A DNA stretch of 33,796 nt, taken from NCBI GenBank assembly GCA_029244465.1, contig JAQWQN010000201.1:1-33796 (forward strand), read 5' to 3'. This DNA comes from Pseudomonadales bacterium. Lineage in GTDB: Bacteria > Pseudomonadota > Gammaproteobacteria > Pseudomonadales > Azotimanducaceae. This document shows positions 17,224 to 26,371 of this stretch, piece by piece. The notes beneath the pieces are model-generated. The model was not told the DNA's origin. It saw only the letters and a list, made by a program, of their open reading frames with translations, and searched no databases. Within the stretch, counting starts at the first letter, position 1, and each line of letters opens with the position of its first letter. Made by a program: the position numbers and the translations under genes.

Positions 17224-18473
17224 GGGTTCTCTCCTGTTGGTCTCTGCTTGGCAACTGCCCGAAGGGCAGCGACAAATTTTTTCGGTTTCGCGTGGGAAAA
17301 GTGTAAGGCATTACACCCTTGGAACTCCAAAAAACTATCAAGCGCCGTGAGAAAGGCGGCAGCCAGTACTTCGAATGATGCGGCGAGCTGATCTTCTAGG
17401 TGGCATGCGCGAACCTCAAGCACCCCGGTTTTACGATGTGCTTTGCAGTCAATCCGACCGATGAAGTCAGATTGATAAACCAGCGGTAGCGTAAAGTAGC
17501 CAAATTGTCGTTTGGCTTCTGGTACATAGCACTCGATGAGGTAGTCGAACGAAAATAATGACTGCAATCTCTCACGTTGGATGACGAGGTTATCGAATGG
17601 GGACAAAATTTTGATCTTGTTTGCTGAACGAGGCGCGGCAGCGTCTAACTGTCCTCGCTTGCAGAGATAGGTGTGTCCCGCCGGTAGTTCGATTTCCTCT
17701 AGCGCCCCGTCATCAATCATCGCGTCAATGTGAGTTTTGACCGCTGATTTGAGTTTAGGGTTGGTGCGCATGTAAGTGATGCCTTTGCGACTCACCAAGC
17801 CGTGGCAGTTGAGTTGCTGGTGAATAAGGTGGTCGGCGTATTCGTCAAAATTGGGTGTTCTTGAATCGAGATCGGTGGGTATCACCCGCTCAGTCAGATC
17901 ATAGACTTTTTGGAACCCTTCGCGGTCTGTGACCATCAAATCGCCTTGAAAAAAAAGCTGTTCAAGTGCCTGTTTGGCAGGTTTCCAATCCCACCACCCT
18001 GAGCGGGAAGTGCGGGTATCTTGCAAATCGCGTGAGCGCAAAGGCCCTTCGGCCTCGATTCGTCGCAAAATTTCCCGGAGTAATTTGTCTTTGTTCGGTC
18101 GAAACCACTTCTGGCGTCGCTTAAGAATTTCTTCCCGGTGAATTAGACTGTACCGGTAGTCCTGCATCGGCAGGAACGCGGCGGCGTGAGACCAATATTC
18201 AAAAACGCTCCGATCTCTAAGCATCTTGTTAAGCATTTGGGGTCGATAGTTCGGCACCCTCGAGTGCAGCACATGATGATGTGCTCGCTCCACGACTGAA
18301 ATTGTATCGATTTGCACGTAGCCAAGGTGCGCAACCGCTTTGCGAGCACCGGAAATGCCCCGTCCGAACGGTGTGTCTTTGGTCAAACCTTGGGCGCATA
18401 GCGCGATGCGGCGAACTTTACTTAGATCTTTTGCGCGGATCTTGGTGGCGGTAGAGGACTTTGTGCTAGCCAT
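17196..18473 (-). CDS. ycaQ: YcaQ-like interstrand-crosslink DNA glycosylase (HTH_42/AlkZ superfamily)
   Basis: LGYVQIDTISVVERAH (QxD motif), FEYWSHAA, GWWDWKPAK, FQKVYDLTERV, LSPFDNL, ECYVPEAKRQFGYF. Likely ATG at 18473; the track ORF extends to 18509. Confidence 0.88.
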   Translation of the reverse strand: MASTKSSTATKIRAKDLSKVRRIALCAQGLTKDTPFGRGISGARKAVAHLGYVQIDTISVVERAHHHVLHSRVPNYRPQMLNKMLRDRSVFEYWSHAAAFLPMQDYRYSLIHREEILKRRQKWFRPNKDKLLREILRRIEAEGPLRSRDLQDTRTSRSGWWDWKPAKQALEQLFFQGDLMVTDREGFQKVYDLTERVIPTDLDSRTPNFDEYADHLIHQQLNCHGLVSRKGITYMRTNPKLKSAVKTHIDAMIDDGALEEIELPAGHTYLCKRGQLDAAAPRSANKIKILSPFDNLVIQRERLQSLFSFDYLIECYVPEAKRQFGYFTLPLVYQSDFIGRIDCKAHRKTGVLEVRACHLEDQLAASFEVLAAAFLTALDSFLEFQGCNALHFSHAKPKKFVAALRAVAKQRPTGENPWPITIQNT

Positions 18474-18570
18474 TCTTGTGACTTTAGGCGCTTCGCGGCG
18501 GTGTCGCAATCAGCCTGGGGTTGATAACCTCTCTTGACCCAAATCGGATGTTCTGGTGCTGAAGTTTAGT

Positions 18571-20292
18571 ATGAGTTACAAGTTGTCGCATTGCTTTATC
18601 GCCTTGTCTGTTGCCGTCCTTATCAACGCGTGTGCGGGCAACAATGCCCTGCATACCGCAGGCCCGGAGCGCTGGCCGCATGGTGCGATGGCCGTGACTG
18701 CGAATCCTCATGCAACCGCTGCAGCGATCATGATGCTCGAGCAGGGCGGGCATGCGGTAGACGCGGCTATCGCCGCTCACCTTGTCCTTGGTCTTGTCGA
18801 ACCACAGAGTTCTGGTATCGGTGGTGGCGGCTTTATGTTGGTCTACAGCCACGATAGTCGTACGTTGGTGTTTCATGACGGTCGTGAAACGGCGCCAGCT
18901 AGCGCCGGAGCAGACCTGTTTATGTTGGATGGCGAGGTTATGAACTTTCTGCGGGCGTGGCAGAGCGGTAAAGCGATTGGCACCCCGGGAGCCGTTGCTC
19001 TCTACAAACAAGCTCATGAACTGCACGGACGTTTGCCTTGGATTGATTTGTTTCAACCCGCTATAGATTTAGCTAACAATGGCTTTGCGGTCTCGCCACG
19101 GTTGGCGGCTTTTCTGCCTCGTTTACAGTCTATTTCGAGACTGGATGAGAATCCGGGCTCAAAGGAGTACTTTTATCCGGATGGCGTGCCCTTGACCGTA
19201 GGGTTTCTGCGCAAGAATCCAGCGTACGCAACCACACTCCACCGCATCGCACAGGAAGGACCGTCGGCGTTCTACGAAGGTGCCATTGCGCAAAAGATCG
19301 CGCAGGTTGCTCAAGCAGAGCCAGACGGTGGCACGCTGACAGAAGCAGACCTGGCCGCGTATGAAGCAAAAATACGACCGGTCACCTGTGGTGCTTTCGC
19401 TGAACAGAAAATTTGTGCGGCATCACCACCGTCATCTGGAGCAGCGCAGATAATGATTGCTCAGCTGTATGAGCAACTACGAACGGAAACGAGTAGCCGC
19501 ATCTTTGATTACGTTGATGCGCAGCGGTTAGCCTATGCCGACCGGGATCACTACTTTGGAGACCCCGATTTCATTAAGATTCCGTTGCAAGAGCTACTGG
19601 ACCCAGGTTATATCCAGACGCGGGCGCAAGAACGTTTTGCCCCGGGTGATTTGCCAAGACACGGCGATCCAAGCGTATCCCTCGGGTATCAGGCATCAGC
19701 ATTGTACGGAGTCGACACGACGGTAGAGGCAAGTGGTACGACTCATCTGTCAATTGTTGACAAAGAAGGCAACGCAGTCTCATTTACGGCGACAGTTGAG
19801 GCGCCGTTTGGCTCAGGTCGCTGGGTTGAAGGGTTTTTGCTTAACAACGAAATGACAGACTTTGCGAGGGAAGTGCCTCAAGCGGGGCCGCCCCCTGCGA
19901 ACGCGATTCAGGGTGGTAAACGTCCACGTTCTTCAATGTCGCCAACAATGGTTTTGAATCGCGATGGTGAACTGGTCATGGTGACGGGTTCCCCGGGAGG
20001 TAACTCAATCCCAGCCTATGTCTCAAAATCAATCTTAGGTGTCATGGCGTGGAATCTATCACCTGAGGAGGCTGTGGGTTTTCCGAATGTCATTGCCAGG
20101 GGGCAGAAAGTACGGGTGGAAATTGGGGTTGATCAGGGTGTCGAGATAGCTTCTGAACTTAAGGCTGGAGGCTATCAAGTCGAGGAACGCGAGGGAGAAA
20201 ATTCCGGAATACATATGATTCTGGTGACAGACGATGGACTGGTTGGCGCTGCGGATAAACGTCGCGAGGGCACAGTGCGATTGGCCAAGTAA
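18571..20292 (+). CDS. ggt: gamma-glutamyltransferase, probable lipoprotein
   Basis: GGHAVDAAIA, LVEPQSSGIGGGGF, DGRETAP, autocleavage site G-TTHLSIVD, LNNEMTDF, KRPRSSMSP, GSPGG. Lipobox-like INAC. Start at ATG 18571 or GTG 18556. Confidence 0.93.
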   Translation: MSYKLSHCFIALSVAVLINACAGNNALHTAGPERWPHGAMAVTANPHATAAAIMMLEQGGHAVDAAIAAHLVLGLVEPQSSGIGGGGFMLVYSHDSRTLVFHDGRETAPASAGADLFMLDGEVMNFLRAWQSGKAIGTPGAVALYKQAHELHGRLPWIDLFQPAIDLANNGFAVSPRLAAFLPRLQSISRLDENPGSKEYFYPDGVPLTVGFLRKNPAYATTLHRIAQEGPSAFYEGAIAQKIAQVAQAEPDGGTLTEADLAAYEAKIRPVTCGAFAEQKICAASPPSSGAAQIMIAQLYEQLRTETSSRIFDYVDAQRLAYADRDHYFGDPDFIKIPLQELLDPGYIQTRAQERFAPGDLPRHGDPSVSLGYQASALYGVDTTVEASGTTHLSIVDKEGNAVSFTATVEAPFGSGRWVEGFLLNNEMTDFAREVPQAGPPPANAIQGGKRPRSSMSPTMVLNRDGELVMVTGSPGGNSIPAYVSKSILGVMAWNLSPEEAVGFPNVIARGQKVRVEIGVDQGVEIASELKAGGYQVEEREGENSGIHMILVTDDGLVGAADKRREGTVRLAK

Positions 20293-20498
20293 AGAGGGCC
20301 CGTAGTTATCTCGCGAGCCAACGGCGAGGCAGTCAAGTGGCAACCATTTCTGACAGCCGCACGAAAAGCGGGCAGGTGTTCGGCAAGCCACGGAGAGCGT
20401 TTATGCGATCACCAAGCGGGAATAACCGGTCCAAGTGCGTCGTCCCAGATGAGGATTGACTGAAGCGCTGCTGGGGACTAGAAACTTTTTTTCAAGCT

Positions 20499-20528
20499 CT
20501 TTGAAACTGAATAATTGGCGCCACTATT
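20499..20528 (+). promoter_or_regulatory. putative sigma-32 (RpoH) heat-shock promoter
   Basis: ctTTGAAA (20499-20506), 14-nt spacer, CCACTATT (20521-20528). Resembles CTTGAAA-N13/17-CCCCATnT and lies about 50 nt upstream of hsp20. Confidence 0.6.
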
Positions 20529-20576
20529 TGAATAACGCCCGAACGGGACGTAATCAATAAGTCAAAGGAGACTAGA

Positions 20577-20996
20577 ATGAATGTTGTGCGTTGGAGCCCA
20601 TTTCGTGAGTTAGATAACCTTTTCCAGACGCTGGATCGACCACAAGCCGCAATGCGACGTGCTGACTGGTTGCCGTTAGTAGATATTCGGGAAACCGAGA
20701 AGGCCTACGAGATTGATATTGAGGTGCCTGCGGTGGCGTCTTCAGATCTGAGTGTCAGTGTGGTAGACGGCGTGTTGACGGTTGGCGGCGAACGCAAAAT
20801 CGTTGAGCAGCCTGAAGAGGGCAAGCGACTGCATCGAGTTGAACGTCGTTATGGCCGTTTTGTCCGAAACTTCCAGCTGCCGGATGATGCCGATCAGAAT
20901 CAGATCGAGGCGGAAACGAAAGATGGTGTTTTGTACTTGAATGTCACGAAGCGAGAAAGTGCAGTTAGTAAGACCATCGAGGTAAAGATTTCGTAG
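20577..20996 (+). CDS. Hsp20/alpha-crystallin small heat shock protein
   Basis: 139 aa. WSPFREL, WLPLVDIRE, GVLTVGGERK, HRVERRYGRFVRNFQLP, DGVL. AAGGAG RBS. Confidence 0.95.
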   Translation: MNVVRWSPFRELDNLFQTLDRPQAAMRRADWLPLVDIRETEKAYEIDIEVPAVASSDLSVSVVDGVLTVGGERKIVEQPEEGKRLHRVERRYGRFVRNFQLPDDADQNQIEAETKDGVLYLNVTKRESAVSKTIEVKIS

Positions 20997-21012
20997 CGGC
21001 CGCAAACCGCGC

Positions 21013-21036
21013 AGCACGCAAGGGCACTTGCGTGCT
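21013..21036 (+). terminator. strong hairpin downstream of hsp20 (terminator-like or stabilising; no U-tract)
   Basis: AGCACGCAAG-ggca-CTTGCGTGCT, perfect 10-bp stem. Confidence 0.45.
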
Positions 21037-21074
21037 AAATTGGCACAGCATTACGCGTTGTGCCAATTATCCCT

Positions 21075-21896
21075 ATGTCCTTAAAAGATCAGGTTCGAGA
21101 AATTATATTTGAAGCCGATACACCCGCGGGAAAGGCTTTTGATGTCGCGCTAATCGGTTTCATCCTGTTAAGTGTTGCTGCCGTGATGGCCGATTCCGTT
21201 ACCTCGATACACGATCGGTTCGGCATGCAGTTGTATGTCGCCGAGTGGCTTTTTACCGGCATTTTTACGATTGAATATATTTTGCGGCTTTGGTGTATTC
21301 AAAACACGGTTCTCTATGCGCGTAGTTTTTACGGGATCATCGATCTCCTGTGTATCGTGCCGACCTACCTTAGTCTTTGGATCGCAGATGCTCAATATTT
21401 GCTCGTTACCCGAATTCTGCGGGTTTTGCGGGTTTTCAGAGTGCTGCGTATGGTGCGTTACGTCGGTGAAGCGGAGCTCATTGCACAAGCGCTGGTGGCT
21501 AGCCGCCGCAAGATCACAGTGTTTGTCTTCAGTGTGCTGGCGATGACGGTAATCTTTGGGTCCTTCATGTACCTTATAGAGGGCAGGACTAATCCTCAGT
21601 TTGCCAGCATTCCGCATGGTATTTATTGGGCTGTGACGACCATGACGACTGTTGGTTATGGCGACATAGCACCTGCCACCACACTAGGTAGAGCGGTGGC
21701 GACGCTGATCATGATTATGGGGTACGGCATCATTGCGGTACCGACTGGAATAGTCACGCTCGAATTGAACGAAGCCAACCGACGTCGCGCAAACACCACG
21801 ACCTGTTCTGCTTGTTCTGCCGAAGGGCATTCTGAAGAGGCTACTTTTTGTTGGCGTTGTGGCGAGAATATGTATAAGCAACCCACTTCTGAATGA
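21075..21896 (+). CDS. 6-TM voltage-gated-type potassium channel with C-terminal zinc ribbon
   Basis: Filter TTVGYGD, S4 segment RILRVLRVFRVLRMVR, GIIAVPTGI, CSAC...CWRC tail. Start at ATG 21075 or GTG 21060. Confidence 0.92.
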   Translation: MSLKDQVREIIFEADTPAGKAFDVALIGFILLSVAAVMADSVTSIHDRFGMQLYVAEWLFTGIFTIEYILRLWCIQNTVLYARSFYGIIDLLCIVPTYLSLWIADAQYLLVTRILRVLRVFRVLRMVRYVGEAELIAQALVASRRKITVFVFSVLAMTVIFGSFMYLIEGRTNPQFASIPHGIYWAVTTMTTVGYGDIAPATTLGRAVATLIMIMGYGIIAVPTGIVTLELNEANRRRANTTTCSACSAEGHSEEATFCWRCGENMYKQPTSE

Positions 21897-21903
21897 GGCT
21901 CGC

Positions 21904-24567
21904 ATGAACAAGTCTTTTGATGCACGACGAACTTTGACTGTTGGAGATGAGTCCTATGACTATTTCAGCGTTCTAAACGTCACGGGTTTGGGCGATGTGA
22001 CTCGACTTCCGGTGACGCTGAAAATCTTGTTGGAGAACCTGCTGAGGTTTGAGGATGGCGATACAGTGACCGCTGAAGACGTAACGGCGCTGAGTAATTG
22101 GACATCAACAGCGGCTGCTGGTGGTGAAATTGCGTACCGCCCAGCACGCGTACTTATGCAAGATTTCACAGGCGTTCCGGCGGTCGCGGACCTGGCCGGG
22201 ATGCGTTCTGCGGTGGTAGCTGCTGGCAAGGACCCATCGATTATCAATCCATTGTCGCCTGTGGACCTTGTGATTGACCACTCGGTTATGGTTGATGAAT
22301 TTGGGTCGGAGCAGTCTTTTGCGGCCAATGTAGAGCTTGAGATGGCGCGTAATCAAGAGCGCTATCGTTTTCTACGTTGGGGGCAGCAAGCTTTTGACAA
22401 TTTTAGCGTTGTACCGCCGGGGACTGGTATCTGCCATCAGGTAAATCTGGAGTATATCGCGCAGGCAGTACGGACGAAGGAAGTCGATGGACGAATTGTC
22501 GCATTTCCGGACACGCTTGTAGGAACAGATAGTCACACGACGATGATAAACGGACTTGGCGTTTTGGGGTGGGGTGTTGGTGGAATCGAAGCGGAGGCGG
22601 CGATGCTGGGACAGCCGATAAGCATGCTCGTCCCTGATGTCGTAGGCTTCAGACTCTCCGGGCAAACTCGCGAAGGGATAACAGCGACCGACATCGTTCT
22701 TGTTATTGTTGAAATGTTAAGGGCCAAGGGTGTTGTTGGTAAGTTCGTCGAGTTTTTTGGTGACGGGTTGGACAATCTCACGCTTGCCGACCAAGCAACG
22801 ATTGCAAACATGGCGCCAGAGTACGGTGCGACCTGTGGCTTTTTTCCGATTGATCAAGAGACCCTTAACTATATGCGCTTAACAAATCGACCAGACGAAG
22901 TGGTCGATTTAGTTGAAGCATATGCCAAAGCTCAAGGGATGTTCCGAGATGCCAACGCCGTTGATCCGGTCTACAGCGATACGCTAGAGCTTGATCTGGG
23001 TGATGTCGTGCCGAGTTTGGCGGGACCCAAACGCCCGCAAGACCGAGTTGCAATGAGCAATATGAAAGGGGCGTATGACGATGCGCTTGCGTTGCATGGA
23101 CGTTCAGAACCAAGGTCGGCGATGGTGCGAGGCGAAGACTATGAACTGAGCGATGGGGATGTCGTGATCGCTGCCATCACGTCTTGCACGAACACGTCCA
23201 ACCCTGCTGTGATGCTCGGTGCTGGTTTGGTCGCGCAAAAGGCGCTGGCAAAAGGTCTCGCGGTCAAACCTTGGGTTAAGACATCGTTGGCCCCGGGGTC
23301 GAAGGTGGTGACGGAGTATCTAGAAGAGACTGAGTTGCAAGATTGTCTCGATCAACTTGGCTTTAATCTAGTGGGATACGGTTGTACCACGTGTATAGGT
23401 AATTCTGGGCCATTGCCGGAACACATCACCGCATCAATCAACGCTGGGGATCTGATCGTTGCGTCCGTCTTGTCTGGTAACAGAAACTTCGAGGGGCGGG
23501 TACATCAAGAAGTCCGCACGAATTGGCTGGCATCACCGCCACTGGTCGTCGCCTACGCGTTGGCCGGGACCACGCGGATAAATTTGGATATTGATCCGAT
23601 CGGACAAGACCAAGATGGCAGAGATGTCATGCTCGCAGACATTTGGCCTTCGAATGCGGAAATCGCCGCCGCTGTTGGGCGGGTGACTAAGGAGATGTTC
23701 AATCGTCAGTACGAAGATGTTTACACGGGCCCGAAGGCGTGGCGCGATCTACCCGTCACTTCTGAGGCGACCTATGGGTGGGAGGATTCCACCTACATAA
23801 AAGAACCGCCATTTTTTTCGGCCGGCGGTCAGTTAGATCAGGCGGTTGGCGTGCAAGGTGCTAGAGTTTTAGCGCTGCTCGGCGATTCAGTAACAACGGA
23901 TCACATCTCGCCAGCGGGTGCGATTCAACAAGATGGCCCGGCCGGTCAATACTTACAGCAGCATGGGGTTGATGTTGCCGACTTTAACTCCTACGGTTCC
24001 CGCCGTGGTAACCATGAAGTCATGATGCGCGGTACATTTGCCAACATTCGGATTCGCAATGAAATGGTGCCTGGCATAGAGGGTGGTTATACCAAGCACA
24101 TTCCTTCTGGCGATGATTTGAGTATCTACGATGCGGCAATGCGTTATGAAGGCGAAGGGACGCCGCTCGTCGTCATCGCAGGTAAGGAATATGGTACCGG
24201 TTCAAGCCGTGATTGGGCCGCGAAAGGCACCCGTTTGCTTGGCGTGAAGGCAGTGATTGCGGAGAGTTACGAACGAATTCATAGGTCTAATCTGATCGGT
24301 ATGGGTGTGCTACCTCTGCAGTTCAAGACTGATTCAGGCCGATCAGAACTTGCTCTCACGGGTAGTGAGGTGATCGATATTTCGATTGGTGCCGGGGTAA
24401 GCGAGAGCCCTGGCCAGATGGTCCAGGTGCGTATCCAACGAGCGGACGGTAGCGAGTTTGATGTAGAGGTGCAGTCCCGCCTCGATACGAAAAATGAGAT
24501 TTCGTATTATAGAGCGGGTGGGATTCTGCAATATGTGCTCAACAACTTGGTTGCAGATAACGGCTAG
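21904..24567 (+). CDS. acnA: aconitate hydratase A
   Basis: RVLMQDFTGVP, DLVIDHSV, GTDSHT, ITSCTNTSNP, GCTTCIGNSG, TTDHISPAG, GSSRDWAAKG. ATG at 21904 follows GAGG. Confidence 0.96.
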   Translation: MNKSFDARRTLTVGDESYDYFSVLNVTGLGDVTRLPVTLKILLENLLRFEDGDTVTAEDVTALSNWTSTAAAGGEIAYRPARVLMQDFTGVPAVADLAGMRSAVVAAGKDPSIINPLSPVDLVIDHSVMVDEFGSEQSFAANVELEMARNQERYRFLRWGQQAFDNFSVVPPGTGICHQVNLEYIAQAVRTKEVDGRIVAFPDTLVGTDSHTTMINGLGVLGWGVGGIEAEAAMLGQPISMLVPDVVGFRLSGQTREGITATDIVLVIVEMLRAKGVVGKFVEFFGDGLDNLTLADQATIANMAPEYGATCGFFPIDQETLNYMRLTNRPDEVVDLVEAYAKAQGMFRDANAVDPVYSDTLELDLGDVVPSLAGPKRPQDRVAMSNMKGAYDDALALHGRSEPRSAMVRGEDYELSDGDVVIAAITSCTNTSNPAVMLGAGLVAQKALAKGLAVKPWVKTSLAPGSKVVTEYLEETELQDCLDQLGFNLVGYGCTTCIGNSGPLPEHITASINAGDLIVASVLSGNRNFEGRVHQEVRTNWLASPPLVVAYALAGTTRINLDIDPIGQDQDGRDVMLADIWPSNAEIAAAVGRVTKEMFNRQYEDVYTGPKAWRDLPVTSEATYGWEDSTYIKEPPFFSAGGQLDQAVGVQGARVLALLGDSVTTDHISPAGAIQQDGPAGQYLQQHGVDVADFNSYGSRRGNHEVMMRGTFANIRIRNEMVPGIEGGYTKHIPSGDDLSIYDAAMRYEGEGTPLVVIAGKEYGTGSSRDWAAKGTRLLGVKAVIAESYERIHRSNLIGMGVLPLQFKTDSGRSELALTGSEVIDISIGAGVSESPGQMVQVRIQRADGSEFDVEVQSRLDTKNEISYYRAGGILQYVLNNLVADNG

Positions 24568-24590
24568 TCAGTTAGGCCACCTGTGAGCGC

Positions 24591-25250
24591 ATGATGACGC
24601 GTGCTGAGATTCCTCTTGCGATGACCTTCGATTTTGATGGGACCATTCTAGAATCGGAAAAGTTGGCCAGACGGTGTTTTCTTGCAACCTGCAATGAAGT
24701 CTATGGCGCAGATGTCGCTATCTACAACCGTTGTGTTGGGACGAGCCAGGTTCACACCGACGGGATCAAGCGAGCGGGTTTTGGCCCGAAATTTCTGTTT
24801 GAGGCGACGTTGGCTCATTCGGCTCATCTGGATGAGCAAGAGATAGCAACAACACCTATAGCCCTTAAAGAGGGGATTTCCGACTTATTGGCGTAACTGT
24901 TTGTGTTGGAGATTCCGATGGCTGTGGTGACATCTTCACGCCGCCCAGTGGTCGCAACAAAGCTTGAAATGGCTGGTTTGACGAATTACTTCCGATACTG
25001 TGTTTGCGCTGGCGAGAAGGCTAAAGGTAAACCACATCCCGTACCCTATTTGAAAGCGTTAGATCAACTTGACCTGGCTGCGGAGCAACGTCGGGCACTA
25101 GAGGATTCGGATCCTGGTGTGCGATTCGCAACGGCTGCAGGGCTGTGCGTCTTCCAAATTCCGGATGAATTTGGGCCATCGCCTGACGTACGCGATTTTG
25201 GGCACGAAATACTGCCTTCAGTTATGGACTTGGTGCAGCCCTGCCAGTAG
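24591..25250 (+). pseudogene. HAD-superfamily phosphatase interrupted by an in-frame stop
   Basis: Motif I FDFDGT is in 24591-24896. Motifs VVTSS, GKPHP and LEDS are in 24903-25250 in the same frame. TAA at 24894-24896 separates them. Confidence 0.8.
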
Positions 25251-25311
25251 AGTGCGCGCCCTCTCTGAGGTTTGGTCTGAGAACTAGATCGCCAATCTGA
25301 GAGCAATTTTC

Positions 25312-25653
25312 TTATAGTCTTGTTAAGAGCCGTTTTTTAGTAGGAAGTCTGTGATTAATCGAAGAGAATCTCAGCTCATAGCGCAAGAGCAAAAAAACCT
25401 TGCCGGGCTCGGATTGAAGAAGAACAAGGCGAATAAGCGAGGTAAGCTGACGGCCCCGCGTAATTCTCTGCACTGAGCGTTCAGGCGAACAATGCGTCTC
25501 GTGCGAGTGACTGGGCCTTTTGCGAGGCACGCGCGGAGGCGTGCTCTGTTCGTACTTTTCGCGAACCTTTTTTACTTCAGCAATGCCGTCTTCATGTTCG
25601 AAAACAACGAAAACGCGGGCCTGATTCAGTGTGTTGTCGATCTGCTCAGCCAC
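25312..25653 (-). other. uncertain ORF or gene remnant
   Basis: The frame is open from about 25724 (NIAQDLGKGIGLSATWCDSIYTKVAEQIDNTLNQARVF...) with no convincing start or RBS. The C-terminal half looks non-coding. Confidence 0.25.
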
Positions 25654-25748
25654 TTTGGTATAGATTGAGTCGCACCAAGTGGCAGATAGACCAATTCCTT
25701 TTCCAAGATCTTGGGCGATGTTTCATCACTGCCCAGCGGGTCTACCAG

Positions 25749-25767
25749 AGCGCCTCACAGAGGCGCT
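25749..25767. terminator. hairpin downstream of the TerB-like gene
   Basis: AGCGCCTC-aca-GAGGCGCT, 8-bp GC-rich stem about 45 bp past the stop codon. Weak U-tract. Confidence 0.4.
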
Positions 25768-25812
25768 TGTATTGCAGACTGACTATTTTCTCACACTGTC
25801 AGACAGGGTTAT

Positions 25813-26253
25813 TCATGCTTCGGGTTTCAGACCCATCAATTGAGCGGGGGTGAGATCTAGGGCGGCAACAACGTCGTTGAAGAAAGTAATCTCTTGATCA
25901 CTCACACGCCCGTCTGCGTTCACCACATCAGCCAGAGCTTCAGCGATGCCAAGTCGATCATCGTCGCCGAGCTTTTTGGCAGCCGAGGCCAGGTATTTTT
26001 CCAGGGGCGCCTTCTCGTAGATGGCAGAATTTGCGGCGACACGAATGTCAGCGGGTGCGAAGTCTTCGCCCGTACGTTCAAGCAATACGTCGTGAACTTT
26101 TTCCACTTCGATGGCTTTGATGTTGGTGTCGGCAGCCGTAGCGCGCGCAAGCGTCATGAGCATAGCTTCTTTGGCCAACTGCGATTGTTCTTCCGCGGTG
26201 GGCTCGCTGCCGCTGAAAATCTTAAATACCCCACCTAGGCTAGCAATACTCAT
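25813..26253 (-). CDS. TerB-family (tellurite resistance/DjlA N-terminal-like) protein
   Basis: Two acidic AD...E metal-site repeats: ATAADTNIKAIEVE and VVNADGRVSDQE...ALDL. Likely ATG at 26253 after GGAAG; the track ORF extends to 26343. Confidence 0.8.
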   Translation of the reverse strand: MSIASLGGVFKIFSGSEPTAEEQSQLAKEAMLMTLARATAADTNIKAIEVEKVHDVLLERTGEDFAPADIRVAANSAIYEKAPLEKYLASAAKKLGDDDRLGIAEALADVVNADGRVSDQEITFFNDVVAALDLTPAQLMGLKPEA

Positions 26254-26342
26254 AGGTCTTCCAAATCTCATCATTATGTCGAGGGCCATTCTTTCGCGAA
26301 GTCTGCTTGGCGTCAACGGCGGAATCTGAATACGGTCGGTCA

Positions 26343-26367
26343 AGTTTCATCGAGTTTCATCGAGTTT
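26343..26367. repeat. 10-bp tandem repeat, 2.5 copies
   Basis: AGTTTCATCG AGTTTCATCG AGTTT. Confidence 0.8.
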
Positions 26368-26371
26368 TTAG

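Noticed and set aside
20293-20498. Long ggt-hsp20 spacer as a hidden gene
   Set aside because: No ORF with a credible start or recognisable motif on either strand.
20529-20576. ROSE-type RNA thermometer in the hsp20 leader
   Set aside because: Only a small 5' hairpin (CCC-GAAC-GGG) is visible. There is no U(U/C)GCU anti-SD sequence and the RBS region is A-rich and looks unpaired.
21041-21056. TGGCAC as a sigma-54 -24 element
   Set aside because: GG-to-GC spacing is 11 rather than 10 and there is no TTGC. The sequence is better explained as a hairpin arm.
25813-26253. TerB-like gene as part of a ter resistance or anti-phage island
   Set aside because: It is solitary, with no other ter, defence or mobility genes nearby.
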